From the NCBI GenBank assembly GCA_964016885.1, contig OZ024740.1, forward strand, positions 419,864,001 through 419,928,000: a stretch of 64,000 nt of DNA, written 5' to 3'. The notes under the pieces were generated by a model. It saw only the letters and a program-made list of their open reading frames with translations, made no database searches and was not told where the DNA came from. Each line of letters starts with the position of its first letter. Position 1 is the first letter of the stretch. Shown here in pieces: positions 24,694-37,633 of this stretch. This stretch comes from Eledone cirrhosa. Its lineage: Eukaryota. Both the position numbers and the translations under genes were made by a program.

Positions 24694-24876
24694 AATTGTT
24701 TCTACTTTAGGCACAAGGCCAGCAATTATCCAGTGCATTACTGGTACTTTATTTAATCGACCCCGCAAGGATGAAAGGCAAAGTCAACCTCGGCGGGATT
24801 TGAACTCAGATCGTAAAGGGACGTAACTATGATGGAAAGCATGGCGTCCGACCCTCTACCGATACTGCCAATCCAC
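24694..24876 (-). mobile_element. SINE A directly upstream of the Tx1 5' end
   Basis: Near-consensus copy whose (att)n tail abuts Tx1. Confidence 0.92.
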
Positions 24877-25267
24877 AATAATAATAATAATGATAATAAA
24901 TGAATAAATATTAATGATGATGATAATGATAATAATATTAAATAAATAATAAATAAATAAATAATAAATAATGATGACAATAATAATATTAAATAAATAA
25001 TAATAATAAGTAAATAAATATACTAAAGAAAAGGGGACAGATTTTTTTTTTTAAATAAGAAAAATAGAAAAATAGAGATGAGTTTTAAAGAGATAAAGTA
25101 TGAATAAAAAAGTTGGCAGGTGTTCAAGCAAAGGTATTTAATACTGTAAAATTATAGACAGGAATAAAGATATATAACATCCTTATCTTATATTACTCTA
25201 CTTAACACAATATCTGTTGTAACATCATTTCACAACAAATCCTTTGTTATATGTATCATCATCATCA

Positions 25268-25596
25268 TTTCATTTTACGTCCGCTTTTTCCCTGCTTGCA
25301 AGGGTGGGACGGGAACTGATTTTGGCTTGATTTCTACAGCTGGATGCCCTTCCTAACACCAACCTCATTTACAGTGAGTGCTGGGTGCTTTTTTGCCGTG
25401 GCACCTCCACGACCACTTTACAGTGGAATGATAGGGACCCCATTCCCTATCATCTCATTTCTACAGCTGAGTAAACTGGAGCAATGTGAAATAAAGTGTC
25501 TTGCTCAAGGAAACAACACATCACCCGGTCTGAGAATTGAACTCACAACCTTTCGATTGCAAGGCCAATGCTCTAACCACTAAGCCATGTGCCTCC
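25268..25596 (-). mobile_element. tRNA-derived SINE family B (CORE-like body, RTE-type tail)
   Basis: Head tggcttagtggttagagc...gagttcaattctc, body ttgagcaagacactttatttcac, and tail ggtgttaggaagggcatccagctgtagaaa followed by (gat)n. Confidence 0.9.
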
Positions 25597-25635
25597 TATA
25601 TATATATCTGTATGTATATCATCATTATCATCATC

Positions 25636-25910
25636 TTACGTCCGCTCTTCCCTGCTCGCAAGGGTGGGACGGGTCTTATTTAGCACAGCATCTCCACCGT
25701 GAGCTTCAACGATCTGAGGTCTGTTCTCACCACCTCCGCCCATGTTTTTCGTGGTCTACCTCTACCACGTCTTCCTTCAACTGGCATTTCCTGGCACTTC
25801 TTCACCCATCGGTCATCCTCCATGCGCATCACATGTCCATACCACCTCAGTCTCCTCTCCCGTACACTACATTCTATCCCTCTCAGACACAGTTTCTCTC
25901 TCAACACATT
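25636..25910 (-). mobile_element. 3' fragment of an RTE LINE (distinct subfamily)
   Basis: Translates to RLRWYGHVMRM..GRGRPRKTW. Confidence 0.85.
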
Positions 25911-25942
25911 CATTCATTCAACACATTCATTATATATATTCA

Positions 25943-26004
<62 letters not shown>

Positions 26005-26121
26005 ATCTGTAGCAACACATCATTTCAGATCACATCCTTTGTTAAATAAATAAATATATATATAGCAACACATGATTTTACATCAAATCCTTTGTTATGC
26101 ATATATGTATGAATGTATGTG

Positions 26122-26180
<59 letters not shown>

Positions 26181-26240
26181 CTCCCAAAGTATAACAATAT
26201 ATATATATATTATATAATATATATCATCATCATCATCATC

Positions 26241-27129
26241 ATTTAGCGTCCATCTTCCACGCTTGCATGGGTTTGGACGGGAGTTTTCCCACTTGAGGCA
26301 AGAGTGGTTGTCTTGCTCGCATAGGACTGTCTGGCGGGTTTTTTACAGCTGGATGCCCTTCCTAACACCAACCACGTTTACAGTGTGGGACTGGGAGGTT
26401 TTTACCGTGTTACCTACATGGCTACGTTACAGCGTGGACTGTGTGTTTTTTTTGCCGTGACACCTACACGACCTCATTTGTTTCGGCCTGGATGTTGTGG
26501 TACCAACATAACTTTACATTGAAAGGGGTAGTGGGACGGGGGTGTATTTTTGTTAGAGGTGCCTACTGACTGTAGTAGGTTTCACTTTGTACTTAGGTAA
26601 GGCGAGTCTTCTGTATTACTGTGTAGCGCCAAAGATCTCGGTCCAGTGACATTGTCTTGGAGAGGTGTAAGTGTGTGAGGTCGGAATTTATCAAGTCGTC
26701 CCAGGTTTTTCTGGGTCTGCCTACTCCGTGGCTACCGTCTATTTTTATTGCCCTGCACTTTTTTATACAGCTGTCGTCTTTCATGCACATCACGTGACCG
26801 TACCAACGTAGTCTTCTCTCGAGTAAACATCTGATCCTCTTATTTCTAATTTTTCCCTTAGTTCGTTTATGCTTTGCCGTTCATGTATATTACTATTACA
26901 CATCCAGCGGAGCATGCAAGCTTCGTTCCTCTCCAGTCTGCGTATATCCTCTGCACACAATGCCCAGGTCTCACTGCCATGTAACATTGCTGTTCGTATG
27001 CAGGCATCATACAGCCTGTCTTTCATTTTTAGAGAGAACCCTTTAGCGGCTAATAGTGGTATAAGCTCTCTGAACTTTTTCCATCCAGTTCTGACTCTAG
27101 CTACTGTACTTTCAGAGGACCCTCCACCA
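26241..27129 (-). mobile_element. 5'-truncated RTE LINE (C-terminus plus 3' UTR)
   Basis: ARVRTGWKKFREL..LHGSETW..GRPRKTW with a (gat)n tail. Confidence 0.92.
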
Positions 27130-27169
27130 GAGGGTCCTCTGAAAGTACAGTAGCTAGAGTCAGAACTGG

Positions 27170-29235
27170 AGGGACCAGCAGTGCAAGTTGAAGGTAGTCT
27201 AATAAGTAAGGCAATCAAAGATATGAAGACAGGCAAAACAGCTGGGCCTTCGGAGATAGTTGCTGAAATGCTGAAAGCATCTGGATCAGTGGGACACACT
27301 ATGGTCTCCCGGATAGTAAACCAAGTCATACAGAATGGGGTCATACCAAATGACTGGTGTAGCAGCATCATCATTAACTGCTACAAGGGTAAAGGGGATG
27401 CCCTAGATAGGAGAAACTATAGAGGCATTAAATTAATTGACCAGGTCATGAAGGTCAAAGAAAAAGTTATAGTGCAACTAATCAGAGAGAGAATTGATCT
27501 GGATGAAATGCAGTTTGGGTTTGTGTCAGGTAAAAGTACCACAGACGCTCTTTTCCTTGTATGACAACTACAGGAGAAGTACCTAGCTAAAAGTAAACCC
27601 CTATACTTAGCTTTTGTTGACTTGGAAAAAGCCTTTGACAGAGTCTCCCGCTCCATTATTTGGTGGGCTCTTAGAAAACTAGGTGTTGATGAATGGCTCG
27701 TGAGAGCTATAAAAGCCATGTATAAAGAAACAGTCAGCAAGGTTAGAATTAACAACGAATATAGTGAAGAATTTAGCGTAAAAGTCGGTGTTCATCAGGG
27801 CTCTGTCCTTAGCCCCCTCCTATTTATTATTGCCCTTCGGGCTATAACAGAGGAGTTTAAGACCGGCTGCCCTTGGGAATTCCTATATGCAGATGATCTA
27901 ACGCTCATAGCTGAATCAATGGCTGAACTAGAGAAGAAATTCCAAACTTGGAAGCATGGCCTAGAATCAAAAGGCCTTAAAGTTAACTTGTCTAAGACTA
28001 AAGTTCTAGTTTGTAGGAAGGAAAATAGGGCACCGGTCCCATCTGGGAAATGGCCATGCTCAGTGTGTAGGAAAGGAGTAGGCAGAAACTCCATTTTATG
28101 TCCCAAATGCAAAGTATGGGTGCATAAAAGATGTAGTGGGATCACAGGTAAGCTAACTAAGAATATAGATTTTATATGTTGCCGGTGCTCTGGTGCAATA
28201 AGTAGCAGCAAGTGCCCACAGAATACTAGCTCATTCCATTGCACAGACTGTTCTATAGAAATAGTGGACACCTTCCATTACCTGGGTGACAAAATCAGCA
28301 GTGGGGGAGGGTGCTCTGAAAGTACAGTAGCTAGAGTCAGAACTGGATAGAAAAAGTTCAGAGAGCTTATGCCACTATTGGCCGCTAAAGGTTTCTCTCT
28401 AAAAATGAAAGGCAGACTGTATGATGCCTGCATACGAACAGCAATGTTACATGGCAGTGAACCTGGGCATTGTGTGCAGAGGATATACGCAGACTGGAGA
28501 GAAACGAAGCTTGCATGCTCCGCTGGATATGTAATAGTAATATACGTGAACGGCAAAGCATAAACGAACTAAGGGAGAAATTAGGAATAAGAGGGATCAG
28601 ATGTTGTTTACTCGAGAGAAGACTACGTTGGTATGGTCACGTGATGCGCATGAAAGACGACAGCTGTACAAAAAAGTGCAGGGCGATAAAAATAGACGGT
28701 AGCCACGGAGTAGGCAGACCCAGAAAAACCTGGGACGACTTGATAAATTCCGACCTCACACACTTACACCTCTCCAAGACAATGTCACTGGACCGAGATC
28801 ATTGGCGCTACACAGTAATACAGAAGACCCGCCTTGCATAAGTACAAAGCGAAACCTATAGTCAGTAGGCACCTCTAACAAAATAACCCCCCCCCCCCCC
28901 CCCGTCCCACTACCCCCACCCCATCCACACCACCCCCTTAAATTTGAAGTTATGTTGGTACCACAACATCCAGTCCGAAACAAATGAGGTCGTGTAGGTG
29001 TCACGACAAAAAAAAACACAGTCCACGCTGTAACGTGGCCATGTAGGTAACACAGTAAAAACCTCCCAGTCCACACTGTAAATGTGGTTGGTGTTAGGAA
29101 GGGCATCCAGCCGTAGAAAACCCATCAGACAGTCCTATGCGAGCAAGACAACCAATCTTGCCTCAAGTGGGAAACCTCTTGTCCAAACCCATGCAAGCGT
29201 GGAACATGGACGTTAAACGATGATGATGATGATGA
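27170..29235 (+). mobile_element. 5'-truncated RTE LINE with stops and a frameshift; RT carries a PHD-like insert
   Basis: NYRGIKL, DLEKAFDRV, VHQGSVLSP, YADD and a C4HC3 cluster, then 3' UTR and (gat)n tail. Confidence 0.93.
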
Positions 29236-29247
29236 TATAATATATAT

Positions 29248-29283
<36 letters not shown>

Positions 29284-29284
29284 A

Positions 29285-29727
29285 TGTTAGATGGTTCAGT
29301 AGATTCATGGTTTACTGAGGCAGGTACCTAGTTAGATGTGTAACAACAGTTACAGCTGGTGCGCTGTTCAAAGTACTCCATGCTGTTACAAGGTCCATTT
29401 CGTTTTGGTTGTATTGCAGTGTTACGGCTGTAATGTACAGAGTGTAAATAGATTTAAAGAGTCGAGGTCAGTGTTGTAGCATATGTACTGACTTTGTATA
29501 TTATAATTGTTTTGATATCGATCAGCTCCAGGTACAATCAAGCTGACAGGGCCTGACTCTTTTGTGCAAAGACTCATCTTTGCACATATAAGCTCACATA
29601 TCTGATGAGATGTTAAAAAAGAGTCGGGCCACATCACCTTGATTGTATCCTGAGCTGATTTATATTGAAACAATTGTAATATGGTAATATAGTTTCCACA
29701 TATGCTACAGCACTGACTTTGATTCTC
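29285..29727. mobile_element. Penelope-like pseudo-LTR unit with an internal inverted duplication
   Basis: 29458-29563 is an imperfect inverse of 29617-29727. Contains a hammerhead motif and is flanked by (TA)n and (CT)n. Confidence 0.65.
29597..29683 (+). ncRNA. Minimal type I hammerhead ribozyme motif
   Basis: catat-CUGAUGA-gatgt...atatt-GAAA-caattg-UA-atatg. Stem I is catat/atatg and stem III is the palindrome acaattgt. Confidence 0.8.
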
Positions 29728-30364
29728 TCTCTCTCTCTCTCCCTCTCCCTCTCTCTCTCTCTCTCTCATTATATTGTTATATTTGCAGAAGGTCACGTTG
29801 TTATAATATTGCCAGAAATGTATAGTAAAACACTCATTGGTTGGTTTGGGTTAGTTTTTGCTTCAGTATATTTTATATCCCTATAGTTAATTCAGCTGGC
29901 AATCAATGTTTATCATTGATTGACCAACAGTTAAAAATATAGATACAGTCTATCAGAGTTCTTTCGACACATACATATCATAATATAATAAAGGGAGGAA
30001 TGGGGGACTGTGTCCTGAAAATATCTTTTTATCCCGTTAGTAAAATAAGTTGGATTCCTTTGAATAAATAATGAATGAATATTTCATAATTTATCTACTA
30101 AATTTCGTAGCTGTTGATTAAACATAAATATTCTTATATATAATGATTGCTTATTTTAAGATTCACTTCTTTTAAAATTTCCAAATGTCAATACTTCCAG
30201 TTATGATATAACGGACGCTATATTATATCGCTTATATAAACGTTCATATATTTGCATCGTTATATCGTAACGTTTATATTGTGTAAAATATCAATATGCA
30301 CACTACACATGCTAGCAGAAAGCCACCCAATGGGTGGTTTTTCTGCTACTTATATAATGCATCC

Positions 30365-30650
30365 AGTGAATCACCCAGCCCACACTGTAAAGTGGTCGTG
30401 TAGGCATCATGACAGAAAGCACCCAGCACTCACTGTAAATGAGGCTGGTGTTAGGAAGGGTATCCAGCTGTAGAAATCAAGCCAGAATCAGTCCTGTATG
30501 AGCGAGACAAGGTCAGCCGACCGGACACTGCCCACAGTGGAAAATAGACGAAGGTGATGATGATATGTATCATCATCATCATCATCACCGTTTTACGTCA
30601 GTTCTTCCACGCTAGCATGGGTTAGACGGGTTGTCCTGTTGTGGTTTGTA
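30365..30650. mobile_element. Two RTE 3' UTR fragments, tail to tail (+ 30365-30560, - 30585-30650)
   Basis: Homology to the RTE 3' UTR, with (gat)n and (cat)n tails facing each other. Confidence 0.75.
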
Positions 30651-30732
30651 TGTGGTTGTCCTGTTGTGCAATGTATGTGGTTTTTCTCACATCTGATGTG
30701 AGAAAAAAAAAAGACCCTCCATCTCAACTCTA

Positions 30733-30768
30733 CTTTTGAAAAGCAGAAGAACTGCGAAACCGGTAAAG
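30733..30768 (+). ncRNA. Minimal type I hammerhead motif with a U3-A8 core variant
   Basis: ctt-UUGAAAA-gcag(aagaa)ctgc-GAAA-ccgg-UA-aag, followed by AATAAA (30775) and (TA)n. Confidence 0.65.
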
Positions 30769-30890
30769 GAACCAAATAAATATATATATATTTTTTTTAA
30801 ATAAGACTCCAGTTGCATTTCCGATTTCATCTTCTTTTCTTTATACTTTCACTCGTGTATTTTTCATTTTGTAAAAAAAACCTCACTTTC

Positions 30891-30924
<34 letters not shown>

Positions 30925-30954
30925 ATATGTATATAATATCATCATCATCATCAT

Positions 30955-31255
30955 ACATCCGCTTTTTCCCTGCTTGCAAGGGTGGGACGGGAACTGATTC
31001 TGGCTTGATTTCCTAACACCAACCTCATTTACAGTGAGTGCTGGGTGCTTTTTTGCCGTGGACCTACACAACCATTTTGCAGTGGAATGATAGGGACCCC
31101 AGTCCCTATCATCTCATTTCTACAGCTGAGTAAACTTGAGCAATGTGAAATAAAGTGTCTTGCTCAAGGAAACAACACATCACACGGTCTGAGAATTGAA
31201 CTCACAACCTTTCGATTGCAAGGCCAATGCTCTAACCACTAAGCTATGTACCTCC
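30955..31255 (-). mobile_element. SINE B
   Basis: Homology to 42862-43190. Confidence 0.9.
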
Positions 31256-31259
31256 ATCA

Positions 31260-31276
31260 TATATGTATGTGTATAT

Positions 31277-31348
<72 letters not shown>

Positions 31349-31425
31349 ATATATGTGTATATATATATATATATGTATGTATATATATATATATATATAT
31401 GTGTGTATATATGTGTATATATGTG

Positions 31426-31457
<32 letters not shown>

Positions 31458-31499
31458 TATACACATATATACACATATATATATATATATGTATGTATG

Positions 31500-31538
<39 letters not shown>

Positions 31539-31547
31539 GCATGTATG

Positions 31548-31578
<31 letters not shown>

Positions 31579-31579
31579 T

Positions 31580-31612
<33 letters not shown>

Positions 31613-31698
31613 TTATATATATATATATAAATACGTATGTATATATGTATGTATATGTATGTATATATTTATATATATATATATAAATACGTATGTAT

Positions 31699-31739
<41 letters not shown>

Positions 31740-31792
31740 TGTATGTATGTATATATATATGTATGTATATATGTATGTATGTATATATATAT
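31260..31792. repeat. (TA)n/(TATG)n microsatellite
   Basis: Read directly. Confidence 0.97.
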
Positions 31793-31807
31793 CATCATCA
31801 TCATCAT

Positions 31808-32193
31808 CGTTTAACGTCCATGTTCCACACTTGCATGGGTTTGGACGGGGGTAGTCCCACTTGAGGCAAGAGTGGTTGTCATTGCTCGCATAGGACTGTC
31901 AGGCGGGTTTTCTACAGCTGGATGCCCTTCCTAACACCAACCACATTTACAGTGTGGGTCTGGGAGGTTTTTACCGTGTTGCCTACACGGCCACATTACA
32001 GCGTGGACTGTGTGTTTTTTTGTCGTGACACCTACACGATCTCATTTGTTTCGGCCTGGATGGTGTGGCACCAACATAACTTTACATTGAAATGAGCGGT
32101 GTGGTGTGGGTAGTCGGACAGGGGTGTATTTTGTTAGAGATGCCTACTGACTGTAGTAGGTTTTACTTTGTATTTAGGTAAGGCGGGTCTTCT
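31808..32193 (-). mobile_element. RTE 3' UTR fragment
   Basis: Matches the reverse complement of 40710-41107. Confidence 0.9.
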
Positions 32194-32194
32194 C

Positions 32195-32218
32195 TATGTA
32201 TGTATATATATATGTATG

Positions 32219-32251
<33 letters not shown>

Positions 32252-32388
32252 GTATGTATATATATATATGTATATATATATGTATGTATATATATATGTA
32301 TGTATATATGTATGTATATATATATGTATGTATATATGTATGTATATATATATGTATGTATATATGTATGTATGTATATATATATATG

Positions 32389-32435
<47 letters not shown>

Positions 32436-32458
32436 ATATATATATATATATATATGTG

Positions 32459-32501
<43 letters not shown>

Positions 32502-32516
32502 ATATATATGTATATA

Positions 32517-32576
<60 letters not shown>

Positions 32577-32596
32577 TGTATATATATATGTATATA

Positions 32597-32643
<47 letters not shown>

Positions 32644-32704
32644 ATATGTATATATATATATATATATATGTATGTATATATATATGTATATATATATGTA
32701 TATA

Positions 32705-32749
<45 letters not shown>

Positions 32750-32828
32750 ATATGTATATATATATATATATGTATGTATATATGTATATATATATATATA
32801 TGTATGTATATATATATATATATATATG

Positions 32829-32883
<55 letters not shown>

Positions 32884-32940
32884 ATATATATATATATGTA
32901 TGTATATATGTATGTATATATATATATATATATGTATGTA

Positions 32941-32983
<43 letters not shown>

Positions 32984-33010
32984 ATATGTATATATATATA
33001 TATATATATG

Positions 33011-33055
<45 letters not shown>

Positions 33056-33156
33056 ATATGTATATATATATATATATATATGTATGTATATATGTATATA
33101 TATATATATATATATGTATGTATATATGTATATATATATATATATATATGTATGTA

Positions 33157-33195
<39 letters not shown>

Positions 33196-33228
33196 ATATG
33201 TATATATATATATATATATATGTATGTA

Positions 33229-33265
<37 letters not shown>

Positions 33266-33355
33266 TTATATATGTATATATATATATATATATATGTATG
33301 TATATATGTATATATATATATATATATATGTATGTATATATGTATATATATATAT

Positions 33356-33403
<48 letters not shown>

Positions 33404-33408
33404 ATATG

Positions 33409-33439
<31 letters not shown>

Positions 33440-33464
33440 ATATGTATATATATATATGTATGTA

Positions 33465-33507
<43 letters not shown>

Positions 33508-33590
33508 ATATATATATGTATGTATATATATATATGTATGTATATATATATATGTATGTATGTATATATATATATGTATGTATATGTATG

Positions 33591-33639
<49 letters not shown>

Positions 33640-33722
33640 GTATATATATATATATGTATGTATATATATATATATATGTATGTATGTATGTATTATTTTT
33701 ATATATATGCGCACACACACAC
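32195..33722. repeat. 1.5-kb (TA)n/(TATG)n microsatellite
   Basis: Read directly. Confidence 0.98.
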
Positions 33723-34154
33723 AAAGTCCTGAATGTGTTTAACAAAAATCTAAAAGATATACATAACACCTTATATTTAAGCTTATCCTTCGTTGGGGTT
33801 AACTAATTTTAACTAAATACCACAAAAATAATGGTCCTTTTATTGGCTTCCTTCCAACAAATGGATGCTAGCATTATACATATAATTTAACCTTCATTTA
33901 TATTGCTTTGGCTTTCTCTTTCAATCTGGAAGCTTAAAATGCCTATTAATTTGGTGGGATTGGAATTTATTTTAAAAATGTGTTTGATATATTTCTTCAG
34001 CATGCCTTTCAAGTACAACCTTGACTGGAATGATTCCAATTAAAGAGATATGCCAATCTCTCACACATGCTGCTACATTTTTAAATAACATACTTGGCTC
34101 ATAATATTTTCTTATCATTCAAACTACTAATTATCATCATCATCATCTTCATCA

Positions 34155-34450
34155 CCGTTTAATGTCCATTTTCCATGCTAGCATGGGTTAGACGGGTTGT
34201 CCTGTTTGAGGCAAGTCTGATCATGTGACACTGTTTCTGGCTAGATTTCTACGGCTGGATGCCCTTCCTTATGCCAACCACATTTACAGTGAGTACTGGG
34301 TGCTTTTTGCTGTGACACCTACTTGATCACTCTACAATGTGGGCTGGGAGATTTTTGTCATAACACCTACACAAGCACTTTACAGTGTGGGCTAGGCATT
34401 TTTTGTCATGTCGCCCTCACGGGCACTTTACAGTGTGGCTGTGTTTTTTG
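34155..34450 (-). mobile_element. Older RTE-type 3' UTR fragment
   Basis: Contains the ctggatgcccttcct-a-gccaacc motif and a (cat)n tail. Confidence 0.75.
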
Positions 34451-34844
34451 GTGGGAATGGTGTATGGGAATTAGGGAGATGTGTATATGGGCTTGTGTGA
34501 GGGACGGAGTGTTAGGACGTGGGAGGTGTGTGTAAGGGAGGTGAAGGTGGTACATACCAGATGTATGCTTATGTTTATTAAAATTCAACCACAACTAAAT
34601 TTAGTTTTTTTTTTCTGTTTTATTAAAATAACAACTTGATGGAATGGGGGTAATTTTTCTCTGGCACAATATATCTATCTTAACCCTTTTAATAGCAAAC
34701 TGCCTGAAACTGCTCTTGATTCTGTCATACAAGGATGTTTATTTTAAAATGTTTATATTTATCTAAAAACCTTCATCATAATTTTATATAAGAACATTTA
34801 TTAAGCATCAAACACCAGTTTTATAATAATAATGAAATTATTGT

Positions 34845-35240
34845 GTACAGTGCTCAGGTGCACTACAACTCATCAAAGGTGCATGTATAGTAAAAAGAAT
34901 AATTGTTTCTACTTTTAGCACAAGGCCAGCAATTATCCCAGTGCATTACTGGTACTTTATTTTATTGACCCCGTAAGGATGAAAGGCAAAGTTAACCTCC
35001 GCAGGATTTGAACTAATGTACAAATGTCATGAAAGGGAACAGTGTATGAGTCATGATATGCATGTGTGCGTGTGTATGAAGGGGGATGCCAGGTGTAGAG
35101 TTGGCAAATCTCAAGAAGCATGGAGGTTTTAAAGGGTGCAGTGTCTCGGCAGCTAACAACTGTTGCAGGTAGTTTGTTCCATGATCCAGCAACTCTGAGT
35201 GTGAAAAAATGTTTCCGAAATTCATGGGAGCTGTGCTGAT
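34845..35240 (-). mobile_element. CR1-clade LINE 3' end, interrupted by SINE A (34901-35013)
   Basis: The minus strand reads HEFRKHFFTLRVAGSWNKLPATVVSC...FK, the typical CR1/L2 C-terminal motif. Confidence 0.75.
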
Positions 35241-35807
35241 AATGAGAAATTTAGTTGTATTTCTAAATCCCTACAAATTCTTGATTATTTTTAAAATGAT
35301 AGGTATTAGGAATATGGTAATTTACAACTTAGAATAATATGATTTTGATATATAATAGAAATTAATTGAAAGAATTTGTTTATCTTATCGTTTAGTAAGG
35401 AAGATGCAAACCCCCTTGGCCTGTCTGGGAGGTCAGTAGCCCAGCTTCAGTACTGACTTGGTCATGTAGACCAGTCAAACCCTTGCTAGCAGGGAAAGCT
35501 GAAGTTAAAATGATGATGATGAAGGAAAGAAAGAAGTTAAGCTAATGATTCAATATTTAGAATACATCAGAATATTATGTAGATAAGTTTTTTGATAAAT
35601 ACTCTTGGGTCTCTAATAATTGCCCCCCCCCCCCCTCCCCTCTCCCCAGCTTATTAATTTTTCAGATTTATTCCAACCACCCCACTTATTAAATTTTGCA
35701 TTTTGCTAATCTATCTCCGGCGAAATTGTATTCTAAACAGTAGCATTCCAGCGATAATTAATTTTCTGTAGACAGTAAAAATCATTCATCATCATCATCA
35801 TCATCAT

Positions 35808-37113
35808 CACCGTTTTACGTCCGTTCTTCCACGCTAGCATGGGTTAGACGGGTTGTCCTGTTTTGGGCAGTGTCTGGTCGGCTGAGCATGCCTTGCTCAT
35901 ACAGGAACAGATTTGGCTTGATTTCTACAGCTGGATGCCCTTCCTAACACCAACTTCATTTACAGTGAGCGCTGGGTGCTTTTTCGTGGCGCCTACATGT
36001 CCACTTTACAGTGTGGGCTGGGTGCTTTTTTGCCGTGGCACCTGCACGACCACCTTGCAGTGGGGGGTGTGGGGGCATATTGTCCATGGGAGGTCGCGTA
36101 CTCTGTATTACTGCGTGACGCCAGAGGTCACGGTCGTGTGTCATCACCTTTGAGAGGTGTAATTGGGTAAGGTCGGCTTTTATCACCTCATCCCAGGTCT
36201 TCTTGGGTCTGCCCACTCCGCGGTTTCCATCGACTTCTAGTGCTCTGCACCTTTTTATGCAGCTATCATCCTTCATACGCATCACATGTCCATACCAACG
36301 CAACCGCCTCTCCTGCACACACCATTTGATTCCTCTTATGCTCAGTCTCTCTCTCAATTCATTTATGCTTTGTCGTTCGCGTATATTACTATTACACATC
36401 CATCGGAGCATGCAGGCTTCGTTTCTCTCTAATCTACGTAAGTCTTCCACCTTCAGCGCCCAGGTCTCACTACCATGCAACATCGCTGTTCGGATACATG
36501 CATCATACAGTCTGCCTTTCATTTTGAGGGAGAAGCCTTTTGCAACTAGCAGTGGTAGTAGTTCCCTAAACTTCTTCCATCCCGTTCTTACCCTAGTTAT
36601 TGTACTTTCTGAACACCCACCTCCGTTGCTAATTCGGTCACCTAGGTAGCAGAAGCTGTCTACTGTTTCTACAGAGCCCTCCCAGAGATTGGTGGTACTT
36701 GTTTCCTGTGGCTGTTTGCTGCTTGCTGTTTCAGCACAACTGCTGCATGTGAAGCCTACATTCTTAATTAAGCTTCCTGAGATCCCACTACATCTCTTGT
36801 GTACCCATTGTTTGCATTTGGGGCAGAGAATGGAGTTCCTACCTACACCTTTCCTACATACTGAGCAAGGCCATTTCCCTGAAGGGATCTGGGTTCTGTC
36901 TTCTCATCTACTTACAAGGACCTTAGTCTTTGTCATGTTGACTTTGAGACCCTTTCTTTCTAGTTCCTGCTTCCAAGTTTGGAATTTCTTCTCTAGTTCT
37001 ACCATAGATTCAGCTATAAGTGCGAGGTCATCAGCATACAGGAGTTCCCATGGGCATCCAGTCTTAAACTCCTCCGTTATTGCCTGCAGGACCATGGATG
37101 AACAGGAGAGGGC
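35808..37113 (-). mobile_element. 5'-truncated RTE LINE inserted into repeat family D
   Basis: YADD, PHD-like cluster and RLRWYGHVMRM. The flanks rejoin to match the empty copy at 52240-52280. Confidence 0.92.
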
Positions 37114-37454
37114 TATTATACATGACAAAAAAGAATATTACTGAAAATCCCATGTTATAAAATAAATTTTAAAAAATGTCAACTAAATGACTAATCCTAG
37201 TTTTTTTTTTTAATCAAGGAAGATAAACTAAAAAAATTACCAATCTTTCACAAACACCCCTACCCAGTACATTACTGGTTGACCCAATAAGGATGAAAAG
37301 CAAAGCTAACCTCGACAAGATTTGAAGTCAGAGCCATAACTCTGCCATAAAGCATGTTGTCCAACACTCTACTAATACTACCAATACCCCCTCTAACTAA
37401 TAAAAAAAAAAACACTCTTACATGATGTAACTAATACAAACTTGTTTAATCATT

Positions 37455-37633
37455 TTGGCAGTATCGGTAGAAAGTCGGACGCCATGCTTTCCAGCATAGT
37501 TACGTCCCTTTACGGTCTGAGTTCAAATCCCGTCGAGGTTAACTTTGCCTTTCATCCTTACGGGGTCGATAAAATAAAGTACCAGTAATGTACTGGGTAA
37601 TTGATGGCCTTGTGCCAAATATAGAAACAATTA
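37455..37633 (+). mobile_element. SINE A
   Basis: Homology to SINE A. Confidence 0.9.

Noticed and set aside
31180-33806. 400-540-aa Tyr/Ile ORFs
   Set aside because: These are translations of (TA)n/(TATG)n microsatellites.
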